Part shown: one piece after another, positions 47,648-57,214 of the stretch
Layout of the letters: the number at the start of each line of letters is the position of its first letter
Position numbering within the stretch: position 1 is the stretch's first letter
IMG/VR virus record: IMGVR_UViG_3300020473_000010
Location: 224,698-288,697 of that record
Direction: 5' to 3' (one strand)
DNA: 64,000 nt
Translations under genes and position numbers: made by a program
Notes under the pieces: generated by a model
What the model saw: the letters and a program-made list of their open reading frames with translations, nothing else
What the model was told of the DNA's origin: nothing
Databases searched by the model: none

Positions 47648-48816
47648 CTTTCACCGCCAAAAAATTTCTTAAAAGCTGGCCAAACATCATTTTTTTCTCT
47701 TATAAAAACTACTTTAAATTTTTCATCTTCTAAAGGTTCATATAATTTTCCTAAAGCTGTTTCATTCATCCACCTAAGACTTTCTTCTTTTGGCTCTATC
47801 TCGCAATATCCGTATAATTGACAGCGTTGTTTAAGTTTTTCAGTATATTGCTTTGTTTTATCATTATCGCTGGGCCAATTATCTCCATCTGAACAATGAA
47901 ATCCGTAGATATTCCAGGAAGCAGAATCGTATCTTTTGTCGATTGCATCACAGACATATTCCAAAGCAGGGGAAACTAAAGTTCCACCACCTGATCCACG
48001 GTGGAAAAATTTATCTTCATCTACTTCGTATGCTTGGGTATCATGGGCTATGAAAACGATTTCTGTTTTCTCATATCTGCTTCTAATAAAATGATACAAC
48101 AAGAAGAAAAAAGACCGAGCTAAATATTTTTTAGTAGTACTCATCGATCCTGAGACATCCATTATGAAAAATATTACTGCATTCGATGCATGTTTTTCGT
48201 CTTTTTTAATATGTTTATATCTCAAATCGGATTCACGGAAAGAAAAATTTTCATCTGATTCTGGATCATAAGTTCCTGAGCGGATTGCTGCTTTTTTTCG
48301 TCGTATACGTCGTTTTGCTGTCTCTTTTTTACTTAATCTAGGGCGGATCCCTTCGTTTCTGTAACCTTTCCTTTTCCACTTCTCAGAAAAGATATATTTT
48401 GCTTGTTTCTTTTCTAGATCGGGAAGATTTAAATCGCGAAATAAATAATCTGCTAATTCTTCTAAAGTAACTTCAACATCATAGTATTCTTGGCCCGGTT
48501 CGTTTCCAGGTTTTCCGGTACCAGGCTTTTGGCTAGTTTGGGGGTTTTGACCAATTTTTTGACCCCGTTTAACATCATGCTCTCCGGCGGCTCCAACTCC
48601 TCCTGAAGAATTTTTTCCATATACAAATTTGTATTCTTTTATTCCTCGCACAGGAATACGGATTTTCTTCTTTCCATCTTGGCCAATAATCGATTCTTCT
48701 GCTACAATATCATGAATTCCTTCGCGGATTGCTTTTTCGATTTTTTGCTTATGGCGACGTCGGTCTGATGCTGAACGATCTGCTGTTGTTTTGTGATGTG
48801 AAAAAACGCTTCCCAT
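47644..48816 (-). CDS. yeaH: YeaH/YhbH (DUF444) vWA-like protein
   Basis: DRRRH, DLNLPDL, DLRY, AVIFFIMDVSGSM, FIAHDT.A.EVDE..FF...GGGT, WNIYGFHCSDGDNW. Confidence 0.92.
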   Translation of the reverse strand: MGSVFSHHKTTADRSASDRRRHKQKIEKAIREGIHDIVAEESIIGQDGKKKIRIPVRGIKEYKFVYGKNSSGGVGAAGEHDVKRGQKIGQNPQTSQKPGTGKPGNEPGQEYYDVEVTLEELADYLFRDLNLPDLEKKQAKYIFSEKWKRKGYRNEGIRPRLSKKETAKRRIRRKKAAIRSGTYDPESDENFSFRESDLRYKHIKKDEKHASNAVIFFIMDVSGSMSTTKKYLARSFFFLLYHFIRSRYEKTEIVFIAHDTQAYEVDEDKFFHRGSGGGTLVSPALEYVCDAIDKRYDSASWNIYGFHCSDGDNWPSDNDKTKQYTEKLKQRCQLYGYCEIEPKEESLRWMNETALGKLYEPLEDEKFKVVFIREKNDVWPAFKKFFGGER

Positions 48817-48872
48817 AAATAAGCTCCAAATTTCCTATTAATAAATATGAATTGCACTCTGAAATTTATAAA

Positions 48873-49283
48873 TCAAATTCCTAAATGTGTTCTTGCCCAA
48901 ATAATTGCGGGCTGTAACCAATAATAACAATCTCCTTCTATTTCACCTGGTGTTAACCATTCATAATCTTCGTGTTCATTAATTCCGGTCATAGGATTCC
49001 GTTGGAGAAATGGGTCTTGATGAGTTTCTACTAGAAAAATTGTTAAGCGCGATAGATTGAGTGGGCCTGACCGTCGGTCGGTAGTATCTATATCAATTCC
49101 AGCCTCTTCCCAACATTCTCTCACTGCACAAGCCCAATCTGATTCTCCTGGTTCTTTAATTCCTTTTGGGATATCCCAAGTTCCTTTTGATCTTTTTCTT
49201 ATAAATTCAGGCCCTTTTAGACCCAAAAAAAGAATTTTATCTTCAAATTTTCTATATACAATAAACCCAGCACCGTCCTTCAT
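48873..49283 (-). CDS. Nudix hydrolase
   Basis: WDIPKGIKEPGESDWACAVRECWEEAGI Nudix box. Confidence 0.92.
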   Translation of the reverse strand: MKDGAGFIVYRKFEDKILFLGLKGPEFIRKRSKGTWDIPKGIKEPGESDWACAVRECWEEAGIDIDTTDRRSGPLNLSRLTIFLVETHQDPFLQRNPMTGINEHEDYEWLTPGEIEGDCYYWLQPAIIWARTHLGI

Positions 49284-49293
49284 TCTTTATCTC

Positions 49294-49662
49294 CTAACGT
49301 TTATAATCATCACATAGTCTAATTACATCATTCGGATAATAAGTAGAAACTTCAACTAGCCTTACCAGATTATTATCTTGTGAACAAAATCGATGAATAG
49401 TGCCGGCAGGAATATCATATGAAAAACCAGGTCCAGCTATATAAACTGATGATGGGTTTCCATCTGGATCTTCTCCTATCTCAAGTCTTAGACAACCTTC
49501 TAGAACACAGATTGATTCATCTTTTTTTTCATGATATTGCCTTGATAATCTTTGCCCCGGGTTAATTTGAATAAATTTCCCCGTACATTTTCCAGGAATA
49601 TCTCCCCAAATTTCTTCTTGACCCCATGGTTTTTCGATTATTCTTGGTTTTGATGACACCAT
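49294..49662 (-). CDS. Cupin, mannose-6-phosphate isomerase type II C-terminal-like
   Basis: KPWG, RLSRQYH.KKDE, IPAGTIHRF, EVST..PNDVIRL.DDY.R. Confidence 0.8.
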   Translation of the reverse strand: MVSSKPRIIEKPWGQEEIWGDIPGKCTGKFIQINPGQRLSRQYHEKKDESICVLEGCLRLEIGEDPDGNPSSVYIAGPGFSYDIPAGTIHRFCSQDNNLVRLVEVSTYYPNDVIRLCDDYKR

Positions 49663-49663
49663 A

Positions 49664-50236
49664 TTATTCTCCTTTTTTTATTTTCCAATCCCACCTAATA
49701 TTTCCATCTCCAATTAATATTCCAGCACAAGGAATTTTGTATTTTGCACTAACTTCTTCACACTGGGAAATATATGCAGGGCAATCCTCATAAATTATTA
49801 TACTTTTAGGAAGAAGAGTATTTATAAGACTTTCAAAACAAGGTCTTTTATTTGGGTCGCCTGAACACATCAATATCATATTTGATATGTCTAATTTGTG
49901 AGCAGATAACCATTGTCGGGGGCCAAGAAGTTCATCTCTGCCAGTAACCAGGGCAACAATACAAGAATCATCCATTAAATAATCTCTTAAGCTTGATACG
50001 GTATCTAATATTGGTGACCCTTTTTCGGGATATCCTGTAAAATCTGAAAAATCTAAATCCCAAATATTGGGGTTTTTGTCGTATTCTCCCGTTTCGCGCC
50101 AGGCGGAGTATTTGCCAGGAGTAAGGAAATCTTCAACTGATGTTTTTTTATTTATTCTTTTAACAAGACCCTGGGTAGTACAGAGTGTTTCGTCGAAATC
50201 AAAAATAATTAACTGTTTATTTTTTGGTAAATTCAT
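49664..50236 (-). CDS. HAD-superfamily hydrolase
   Basis: IFDFDETL, VTGR, K, YED. Confidence 0.78.
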   Translation of the reverse strand: MNLPKNKQLIIFDFDETLCTTQGLVKRINKKTSVEDFLTPGKYSAWRETGEYDKNPNIWDLDFSDFTGYPEKGSPILDTVSSLRDYLMDDSCIVALVTGRDELLGPRQWLSAHKLDISNMILMCSGDPNKRPCFESLINTLLPKSIIIYEDCPAYISQCEEVSAKYKIPCAGILIGDGNIRWDWKIKKGE

Positions 50237-50769
50237 TTGATATTATTCCTTTGGAATTGTTTATTAGCCCTTTGGATTAATTCACTGCTGCTTTGAATTT
50301 TTCCTCCAGATCCAACCCCGGTTATTATTTGACATCCAATTTCTTGGCAAATATTCCACTCTGGAATTGTTGATGCATCAAATCGATCACCGCCTTTGGT
50401 GAAATAATTAGGTTTTAAAGCCCTAATAGCTTCGATTACAGTTTGATCAGGGGGTACCGCTTCCCATGGTACAACATAATCAACACCTTCGAGAGCATTA
50501 ATAATTTCCATCCTTTCGGCTAAGGGCATGAATGCATATCCTTTTTTTCTTTCCAAAAATGAATCAGCATTAACTACAATGACAACGTTTGGCTTTAACG
50601 CTATAGGGTACTTGTATCTATTATTTGCTAGATGAGCTGTCCCTAAAATACATCTTACATGTCCGATGTGTAGAGGATCGAAACCTCCGGATGTCATATA
50701 GATTTCTTTTGTATCACCAATAGCATCTAGATGAATACGTAAATCTTGTATAGATTGAAAAATTGCCAT
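50233..50769 (-). CDS. Cytidylyltransferase-like (HIGH) nucleotidyltransferase
   Basis: SGGFDPLHIGH, FLERKKG, ERMEII, FTKGGDR, KIQSSS. Confidence 0.88.
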   Translation of the reverse strand: MAIFQSIQDLRIHLDAIGDTKEIYMTSGGFDPLHIGHVRCILGTAHLANNRYKYPIALKPNVVIVVNADSFLERKKGYAFMPLAERMEIINALEGVDYVVPWEAVPPDQTVIEAIRALKPNYFTKGGDRFDASTIPEWNICQEIGCQIITGVGSGGKIQSSSELIQRANKQFQRNNIK

Positions 50770-50781
50770 GTATTACCTCCT

Positions 50782-52389
50782 TTATTTTAAGCAATTATTA
50801 AAGTCAGGAGGAAATATATTTTTATTTTTGCTCCAGAAATAATTCCATCCGGCATCGAGGATATAAGTTACTGCGTGATCATTTGAACTTCTTACAGATC
50901 TTCCTACAGATTGTACAATAGTTTTAGCTGTCTGTAAAGGATACCACCATTTCCATTTATTCATTCTTTTTGAGACGAGTTTGTCGCCCAAATAAGGATA
51001 CGGGATTTTACATATTATTTGAAACCTGCTGGCATCTCCTTTTAAATCGACTCCTTCAGACATTGAAGGACTTAAAAGAATAGTCGGGCGGGAATCATTG
51101 CAGTGTTTAAAAAGTATTTTATCCCTGTTTGTAGAATCATGAATTAGTAACCTTCTAGAATTAATATTTTCTTTCAAATATCTTGCGATTTTATAAGAGT
51201 GGCAGTGAATAATTCCCTTTTCGTTGCTATGTTCTTCCATGATTGCTTGTACAGCAGCTGCCATTTTTGGAAGCCCTTGATCAATATCTTTTTTACCCAT
51301 TTTTGCTATTGGGGAAACAATAATTGGACGATTAGAAACTGGGAATGGGCTTGGAATAGAGATAAATTCAGCATCTTCAGGAGTTATTCCTAAAATTCTG
51401 CAAAATGCTTCTCTATTCATGACTGTTGCCGACATTAAAAGACAGTGTTCAGACTTATCAAATAGGTACTGACTACAATAAGGAGCAATATCAATTGGCT
51501 TGAATTCAAAACGCCTCCCTTTTCTTTTATCTGTAGTTGCAATATTCATTACCCAATTATCTTTATCATATAATTCTAAAAATCGCGATAGTTTAGAGTG
51601 GTGCGACTCAATCATAGACCATTTTCTTTCAAGGGATATAAAATCGGATAATCTGTTTTTTATCCCTTGTTGTTCTAGCATGTTAGCCATTTTTGTTCGC
51701 ATGGCTGATAGTTTTGGCATATATGTTTTTTTAATCCAATTGGCAACTTGAAATTGTGTTTTTAGTTGTGGCATCTGTATTTTTAATATTGCTTTCGAAA
51801 AATGTTCCGTCACAACAACTTCAACAAATTTACTCATTTCCAATTCTACATTATGGCATTCATCGATAACCGTAATCTGTCTTGGAGGAAGGTGCCCAGA
51901 ATGATTAATTTCTGTCATGAAATATGGAAAATTAGTTACTCCGTGATAACCGTTGATAAAACGGTTTTTTTCTTTAACATAATGACAACCTCCGCCACAA
52001 CAGGCCTTGAACTTTTCATCTTGGCTGGCTTTTAATTCACGTCGAGCTTCTTGGCAGGTTTTCGTTTTATAATATTGGCACCTATAATTTGAGGATGATT
52101 TCAAAGAGAGCATGCCAGAAGGTGAGAAATCATTCATATACTGAGCTTGAAGGATTTTCTGTGTGGTAAGATAGTATGCTGCTGAAGTGTATCCAGAAGA
52201 TACATTCTGATGATCTAAAAGATAACGTGCAATTGTGTATCCAATTGCTGATTTCCCTACTCCGGTCCCAGCTTCGATGATTACGAATTTTTTATTTTTA
52301 TTTATAAAAGCATCTAGAGCAAATTCTATTGCTTTTTCTTGTTCTTTTCTAGTTTTTTTATATGGAAAATAGGAAGTATATTTAAACAT
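50782..52389 (-). CDS. DinG/Rad3-like SF2 helicase
   Basis: EAGTGVGKS, Cys cluster, DECH, MSAT, EGVD, Q..GR.VRS..D...YILD. Confidence 0.9.
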   Translation of the reverse strand: MFKYTSYFPYKKTRKEQEKAIEFALDAFINKNKKFVIIEAGTGVGKSAIGYTIARYLLDHQNVSSGYTSAAYYLTTQKILQAQYMNDFSPSGMLSLKSSSNYRCQYYKTKTCQEARRELKASQDEKFKACCGGGCHYVKEKNRFINGYHGVTNFPYFMTEINHSGHLPPRQITVIDECHNVELEMSKFVEVVVTEHFSKAILKIQMPQLKTQFQVANWIKKTYMPKLSAMRTKMANMLEQQGIKNRLSDFISLERKWSMIESHHSKLSRFLELYDKDNWVMNIATTDKRKGRRFEFKPIDIAPYCSQYLFDKSEHCLLMSATVMNREAFCRILGITPEDAEFISIPSPFPVSNRPIIVSPIAKMGKKDIDQGLPKMAAAVQAIMEEHSNEKGIIHCHSYKIARYLKENINSRRLLIHDSTNRDKILFKHCNDSRPTILLSPSMSEGVDLKGDASRFQIICKIPYPYLGDKLVSKRMNKWKWWYPLQTAKTIVQSVGRSVRSSNDHAVTYILDAGWNYFWSKNKNIFPPDFNNCLK

Positions 52390-52415
52390 TGTGGTTGAGC
52401 TCCATGGTTATTTAA

Positions 52416-52444
52416 ATAATACAATTTTTATAATTGGTTTACAA
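52416..52444 (-). promoter_or_regulatory. Promoter TTGTAA-N17-TATTAT
   Basis: Exact spacing, upstream of the helicase. Confidence 0.6.
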
Positions 52445-52660
52445 TCAAACCTTTGAAATTTTCCAACTTTGGAAAATTAATATTTGACCATTAATCCATA
52501 TTTTATATTTCCATTTAGAAAATGATTCTTGATAATTCCAATAATCATAACCCTCTATATCAATAACAATCCCTAATGAGTGGCGAGTACCATTAATTTT
52601 ACACCAAACTAAATCGCCAGGCCTGGCGGTTTCATCCCAGAACGAAGCACTATCTCGCAA
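52445..52660 (-). CDS. Small 'GDLV' SH3-like protein (start uncertain)
   Basis: PGDLVW...LGIVIDI...YKIWINGQI. Confidence 0.55.
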   Translation of the reverse strand: MRDSASFWDETARPGDLVWCKINGTRHSLGIVIDIEGYDYWNYQESFSKWKYKIWINGQILIFQSWKISKV

Positions 52661-53223
52661 ATGTGCTCTAGTCTTTCTATATGTTCGTACGCATCCCAGG
52701 GATTATCTCCTATTGCACAGACTCCATGATTGGCTTGCCCAACTATATCATAAATAAGTATGTTTGAATCTGGACTTCTCATTGCGTTGAAGGTTGCTCG
52801 AGCTAATTCAGGACTAGTCACTGGAAGGACTGGAACGCTTGGACCGACTCTTGTATATCGACTTACTTCTGGAAATTCGGCAGATAATTTTTGTAAATCC
52901 CAGCCGGCGTATATGGCTGCAATAATGTTTGTTGGGTGAAGATGAACTACTGAGCGGGTGGGTTTATGATATCTTTGGAGAAGGAGATGCATATCTAGCT
53001 CGCCAGAGGGGGTTGCTTCTGGTTTACCTATAATATTGCAACCAGCGGGAGTTATACGAACTTTCATAATGTGTTCTGGGTGGAGTATGGTTTTGCGCCA
53101 CCCTGATGGGGTTATATATAAAGTCTTAGAATTCCTTCTGCACAGGCTTATGTTCCCATCACGAGTTGTGATCCAGCCTTTTTCGTAAGCACGCCTCATG
53201 ACGTCACCCATTGCTGTTAGCAT
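52609..53223 (-). CDS. Class II aldolase/adducin family protein
   Basis: DGNIS, ITPSG, PSGEL.MH, VVHLHP, NHGV. Confidence 0.88.
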   Translation of the reverse strand: MLTAMGDVMRRAYEKGWITTRDGNISLCRRNSKTLYITPSGWRKTILHPEHIMKVRITPAGCNIIGKPEATPSGELDMHLLLQRYHKPTRSVVHLHPTNIIAAIYAGWDLQKLSAEFPEVSRYTRVGPSVPVLPVTSPELARATFNAMRSPDSNILIYDIVGQANHGVCAIGDNPWDAYEHIERLEHICEIVLRSGMKPPGLAI

Positions 53224-53429
53224 TATAATCTCCTTAAATTTGGCGATACAACATAAATTAATTCGTTGTTAATTAATAATTCATATTCATTATTTATGAT
53301 TTCATTAATTATTCCAATAGAACCAAATATTTCAATATTTGGTATTTGAACAGTTCCAAACTGTTCTGAGAGTATATAGCAAAACTCAGTCTCTAAAACC
53401 TGAATTAAATCTCCGGTACAATATTGCAT
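53223..53429 (-). CDS. Small 'GDL' SH3-like protein
   Basis: TGDLIQV...IGIINEI...YELLINNELIYV. Confidence 0.55.
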   Translation of the reverse strand: MQYCTGDLIQVLETEFCYILSEQFGTVQIPNIEIFGSIGIINEIINNEYELLINNELIYVVSPNLRRL

Positions 53430-53504
53430 AGTACACCCTTGAAGGTTGGTAAGTTATGCATTTATTGTACCGAGTATAGATGTATTGTTCAGCCTTTACT
53501 TTGC

Positions 53505-53738
53505 TTAAACAAATGCTATATTATAATCTATAGTGCTGGAAGTAGATTTTTTCATATATTGTTCTCTGACAAACCAAAAACTGTTTTCACAATAAATTAT
53601 CCACCCATCTTTAATAGGGGGATTATCGGGATGGACATCTGGATCACCTTTGTCCATTATAATTCCTACTCCCTCTAGTAGAGGTACGCCATGTATTTCA
53701 ACCCGTACCTCTACTAAGTCTCCTATTCTTAAATTCAT
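53505..53738 (-). CDS. Small 'GDLV' SH3-like protein
   Basis: LRIGDLVEV...GVGIIMD; ATGA-coupled start at 53738. Confidence 0.6.
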   Translation of the reverse strand: MNLRIGDLVEVRVEIHGVPLLEGVGIIMDKGDPDVHPDNPPIKDGWIIYCENSFWFVREQYMKKSTSSTIDYNIAFV

Positions 53739-53998
53739 TTTTTGTTTAATGGATGAAAAACTTCCAAATATCCTATAGGGCAAATTAATTTAATTAATCT
53801 CCAACCCATGAACGGAGATTTTATAAGTTCTTTAGATTTTGGGGGGCATATTCCTTCAAACGCAACTACTACATGGTTTCCACCATCGTCAGACTGCCAT
53901 AAAATTCGATATTCTTCGCCAATATCTTCAATGCAAATTTCATGTAAAGCATCTTCAACTTCGGACTTAGGAGCTTTTTGCTTTTGGTCATATTTCAT
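53735..53998 (-). CDS. Hypothetical protein
   Basis: 87-aa ORF in the operon. Confidence 0.6.
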   Translation of the reverse strand: MKYDQKQKAPKSEVEDALHEICIEDIGEEYRILWQSDDGGNHVVVAFEGICPPKSKELIKSPFMGWRLIKLICPIGYLEVFHPLNKK

Positions 53999-54002
53999 GT
54001 TG

Positions 54003-54776
54003 TTACCTATTAATTATTTCGGATATAATTTCTATTGTTTTTTGGGGCCCTGATGTTTCAAAACCATTTTGTCCTGCCATTTGATAAGCTTCAAAATCAT
54101 TGCCAGAAGGAGAACAACGGTCACCAACAAAATATATTTTTTGGTATTCTTTAAAAACTTTCCAAGCATATGTTTTATCCCAACCCTTAGGATAAATATC
54201 AAAAGAAGTTTCTCCCCCCATTTTGATTGTAATATCTGCAAATGCTGGACTTGATAATAATCTGCGATGCATAGCTTTTCGTATCTTGTATTTATTGTCT
54301 AATTCTATCCAGATTTTTCTTTCGTCATCTGATGCATCTCGTCCAATTGGACACCAGTTAACCATGGATCCTCTATATTGAATAAAAGTACCAGATAAAG
54401 GGATGCTTGAGCCTCCCAAACTATACCTTACAGCTGTTTGCGAATCTAAAAGTGCTTTAATTATATTGCCATATTTAGAAACCCCAATATGGTTTTTCAT
54501 ATCAAGTTCATATTTTTTTTCAAAACCCTTACTTGAAAATTTGTAATATTTTGTTCCATTACAAGGTAAAATATGGAGACTTTCGTAATTAATTAAACAG
54601 ATATCCCACATAATATCACATTGCTCTTTTATGTAATCTAAATCTGACCCGGATACAATTGCGATTTCAAAATTATTGTTCTGTAGCTCTTCTAGAGATC
54701 TTAGAATGTTTCTTTCCATTCTTTTCCTAGGCGGTGTTAGTGTACCATCCATGTCAAGCAAAACTACTTTTTTCAT
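54003..54776 (-). CDS. Eukaryote-type phosphomannomutase (HAD-IIB)
   Basis: DMDGTLTPPR, VSGSD, NG, GTFIQYR..M.N.CPIGR.AS, GG..SFDIYPKGWDKTY, FVGD....GNDFE. Confidence 0.9.
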   Translation of the reverse strand: MKKVVLLDMDGTLTPPRKRMERNILRSLEELQNNNFEIAIVSGSDLDYIKEQCDIMWDICLINYESLHILPCNGTKYYKFSSKGFEKKYELDMKNHIGVSKYGNIIKALLDSQTAVRYSLGGSSIPLSGTFIQYRGSMVNWCPIGRDASDDERKIWIELDNKYKIRKAMHRRLLSSPAFADITIKMGGETSFDIYPKGWDKTYAWKVFKEYQKIYFVGDRCSPSGNDFEAYQMAGQNGFETSGPQKTIEIISEIINR

Positions 54777-54861
54777 TTTTCCCCCAAAATAAAGATAAAA
54801 TTTGTTCTTTCTTTATCATACTTAATTTTATAGAGTTGTGAACCTGGAGGGAGGATATGGT

Positions 54862-55605
54862 GTGGAGAAAAAGAATTTAATAAGATTTCTAATCTTAACA
54901 TTGATGTTATGTTTTGTTGTTTCTTGTTGTGGTAGAAAAGTTCCAAAAATTAGTGTATCGATGCATGCAGACCATCCTATTGATCAGGAGTCTGCATTTT
55001 TTATTCTAAGAGAATTCAAAGTACCTGGAGATGAACCAGAGATTGGTGGCGAAGTATTAGCTGCAATGTCTGGCACTGGAGGAGCTATTAGAGGAGGCAA
55101 AGGCTGGACAGATGTTTTGACTGCTGGGCATGTTTGTATGCCAAATCCTGAAATGGTTTTTTTAGATGAAGAATTTACAGTCTACGATGTAAATGGAAAT
55201 TTTTACCCGGGTGATGTAATAGCTATTCAACACTGGGGTGATTTGTGTTTAATCAGAATTCAATTTGAGAAAAACTTAATTCCTTTAGCTTCTAAAAACC
55301 CGACAAGAGGAGACAAGGTTTATTATGCTGGATATCCAGCTGGAATGTATAAGCCTGGTTTTTTGCATTTTTACGATGGTTATTATTCGGGTGTAGATGG
55401 CTCAAGAAACGGGATCTGGAGTATACCCGCTGTTGGAGGAAGCAGTGGTGGATTTGTAGTTAACAGAAGAGGAGAATTGGTCGGTGTTGTTTCTGCAGTG
55501 TTAACAGAATTTCACCATATGACTTTTGGCGCGACTGTTGAACAAATTGATAGCTTCTTGAAAAATACGACAACATGTACACCGGCAGACCCGTGTGAAT
55601 TATAA
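54862..55605 (+). CDS. Trypsin-like serine protease with signal/lipoprotein N-terminus
   Basis: LTAGH, DLCL, GYP, GGSSGG; hydrophobic leader ending VSCC; GTG start after GGAGG. Confidence 0.85.
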   Translation: MEKKNLIRFLILTLMLCFVVSCCGRKVPKISVSMHADHPIDQESAFFILREFKVPGDEPEIGGEVLAAMSGTGGAIRGGKGWTDVLTAGHVCMPNPEMVFLDEEFTVYDVNGNFYPGDVIAIQHWGDLCLIRIQFEKNLIPLASKNPTRGDKVYYAGYPAGMYKPGFLHFYDGYYSGVDGSRNGIWSIPAVGGSSGGFVVNRRGELVGVVSAVLTEFHHMTFGATVEQIDSFLKNTTTCTPADPCEL

Positions 55606-55643
55606 AAAAATGAGCGCAGGAGAGAAACAAAACCTGCGCTCAT
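55604..55643 (-). terminator. Intrinsic terminator, 11-bp stem, 12-nt loop, U tail
   Basis: ATGAGCGCAGG-N12-CCTGCGCTCAT followed by a T run on the - strand. Confidence 0.8.
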
Positions 55644-55685
55644 AAATCAATCAACAACCAAGAAGCTGTTTCTCTTTTTTATCTA
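55604..55685 (-). ncRNA. Candidate ~80-nt small RNA
   Basis: Consensus promoter at 55690-55718 followed after ~80 nt by a terminator, with no plausible ORF; 9-nt complementarity between the 5' end and the loop. Confidence 0.45.
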
Positions 55686-55689
55686 ATTT

Positions 55690-55718
55690 ATTATATAGCA
55701 ATAAAACTTATTTTACAA
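55690..55718 (-). promoter_or_regulatory. Orphan promoter TTGTAA-N17-TATAAT
   Basis: Best consensus match of the promoter family; no downstream CDS on its strand before the terminator. Confidence 0.65.
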
Positions 55719-55722
55719 AGTT

Positions 55723-57141
55723 TTATCTTTTTCCTGGTTTCTCTTTCATTTTGATATGAAAATCTCGAGAAGATTTTGAGAACTGAAGTTGGCCGGTTGG
55801 AACTATTACCCAACCTCTTTTAAGTTTGTTAAATCCGCCGGGATCCGGAGCATATCCATCTGTTAGTACCAAGTAGCCATCAAATCGACCTGAATGTTTA
55901 TTAGCATGATCTTGGACACATCTAAAATCAGTACCACCACAGCGGGTTCTTGTAAGGTTAACTTGGCGACCTTTCCGGAGAACACGCTCACTATTTTCAT
56001 CGACTTCAGTGTCAAAATTAAACAATGTAAACTCAACTCTTTTTGCCAAACCATCTAACTCAGAAGCAAGAAGTTCGAGGTCACTATCAGAAACTGACCC
56101 TGATTGGTCGAGATAAACAGCGATATTAGCTTTATAATCTCTAAAAGCACCTGGGTGAATACCCGGATATTTACGGTGCATTCTTCTAATCGAAGAAGCC
56201 CTGTCAGCGCGGCGGGTCATTCCGCAAAACTGTTTAAGAACAGATTGCCACGGGATATCTTTTGATATCATTTTTCTAAGGTTCTTTTGCATTGCGGCGC
56301 CAACAGAGCCCCAACTATTTGAACCATCACATTTCTTAACTGCTTCTTCAAGAGCCTGTTTAATCTGACCTTTAACCAATTCGCGCTGCTCATCTGAAAG
56401 TTGGTCCCAACCTTCATGGCTGTCCATTCCGTCATCACCGGAACCCGGAACAACTGTAACAGCATTGCCATCTTGATCAACAAGATTTCCGTTTTCGTCG
56501 ACTTTAACATCTCCATCGGCAAGGGCTTGTGCAAGAGATTTGCCGTTCATTTTTTCACTAGACTCTATTGCATTTTTTACATCATCGTCATTCATAAGTT
56601 CCGCAAAATACCATTCAGAATGCTTTTCTTTTGGAAATGATGCAATCTTTGCAGATACCATTGCATATCGTTGCGCAGCGTCATCACCCATTTGAGCAAT
56701 CTGTTCTGGTGTAAGAGGAGTAAATGCTTTACCTGGTATCAAACCACCTTCAGGCAATTCTTCTTCAGCAATCAGAGAATTAATCGCCAAATCAGTAGCA
56801 TAATTCCAAATAATGTGGGGGTCGCGTCGGCGGGTTGTAGTATGATCAAAAACCAAGTGATAACACTCATGCTTAAGTAAGCCTTTAACTTGAGCAGGGG
56901 TAAGACCAGCAAGAAACTTAGGGTTCCACCAAAAACGAACTTCACCATCTTTTGCCAAAACACCGGCTGTGGGGATTGCTTCTGTTTTGATTTTTTGAAT
57001 ACCTCGAAGAACTCGGGCGAAAAAAGGTTCATCCCACATTAATCTAATGAGGTGTGGACTTAAGTCAAAGGCGTTAGCTTCAGCTTCCGTGACTTCTCGG
57101 GCGGTCAGGGCGCTGTTGGCGGTTGTTGATTTGTTGGACAT
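55723..57141 (-). CDS. DUF2201-type putative metallopeptidase with vWA domain
   Basis: PTAGV, LKHECYH (HExxH), WNYATDLAINS, HEGW, PWQ..L, MIDAS DQSGSV, GGTDF, LTDGY. Confidence 0.88.
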   Translation of the reverse strand: MSNKSTTANSALTAREVTEAEANAFDLSPHLIRLMWDEPFFARVLRGIQKIKTEAIPTAGVLAKDGEVRFWWNPKFLAGLTPAQVKGLLKHECYHLVFDHTTTRRRDPHIIWNYATDLAINSLIAEEELPEGGLIPGKAFTPLTPEQIAQMGDDAAQRYAMVSAKIASFPKEKHSEWYFAELMNDDDVKNAIESSEKMNGKSLAQALADGDVKVDENGNLVDQDGNAVTVVPGSGDDGMDSHEGWDQLSDEQRELVKGQIKQALEEAVKKCDGSNSWGSVGAAMQKNLRKMISKDIPWQSVLKQFCGMTRRADRASSIRRMHRKYPGIHPGAFRDYKANIAVYLDQSGSVSDSDLELLASELDGLAKRVEFTLFNFDTEVDENSERVLRKGRQVNLTRTRCGGTDFRCVQDHANKHSGRFDGYLVLTDGYAPDPGGFNKLKRGWVIVPTGQLQFSKSSRDFHIKMKEKPGKR

Positions 57142-57172
57142 GTTTACTCCAGATGAACGTTAATGTTTATTA

Positions 57173-57213
57173 GTTACACTAATAATTTAATTCAATTTTA
57201 ATGTTTCTACACA
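57173..57213 (-). promoter_or_regulatory. Promoter TGTGTAG-N16-TTAAATTA-N4-TGTAA
   Basis: One of three copies with identical spacing. Confidence 0.7.
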
Positions 57214-57214
57214 A

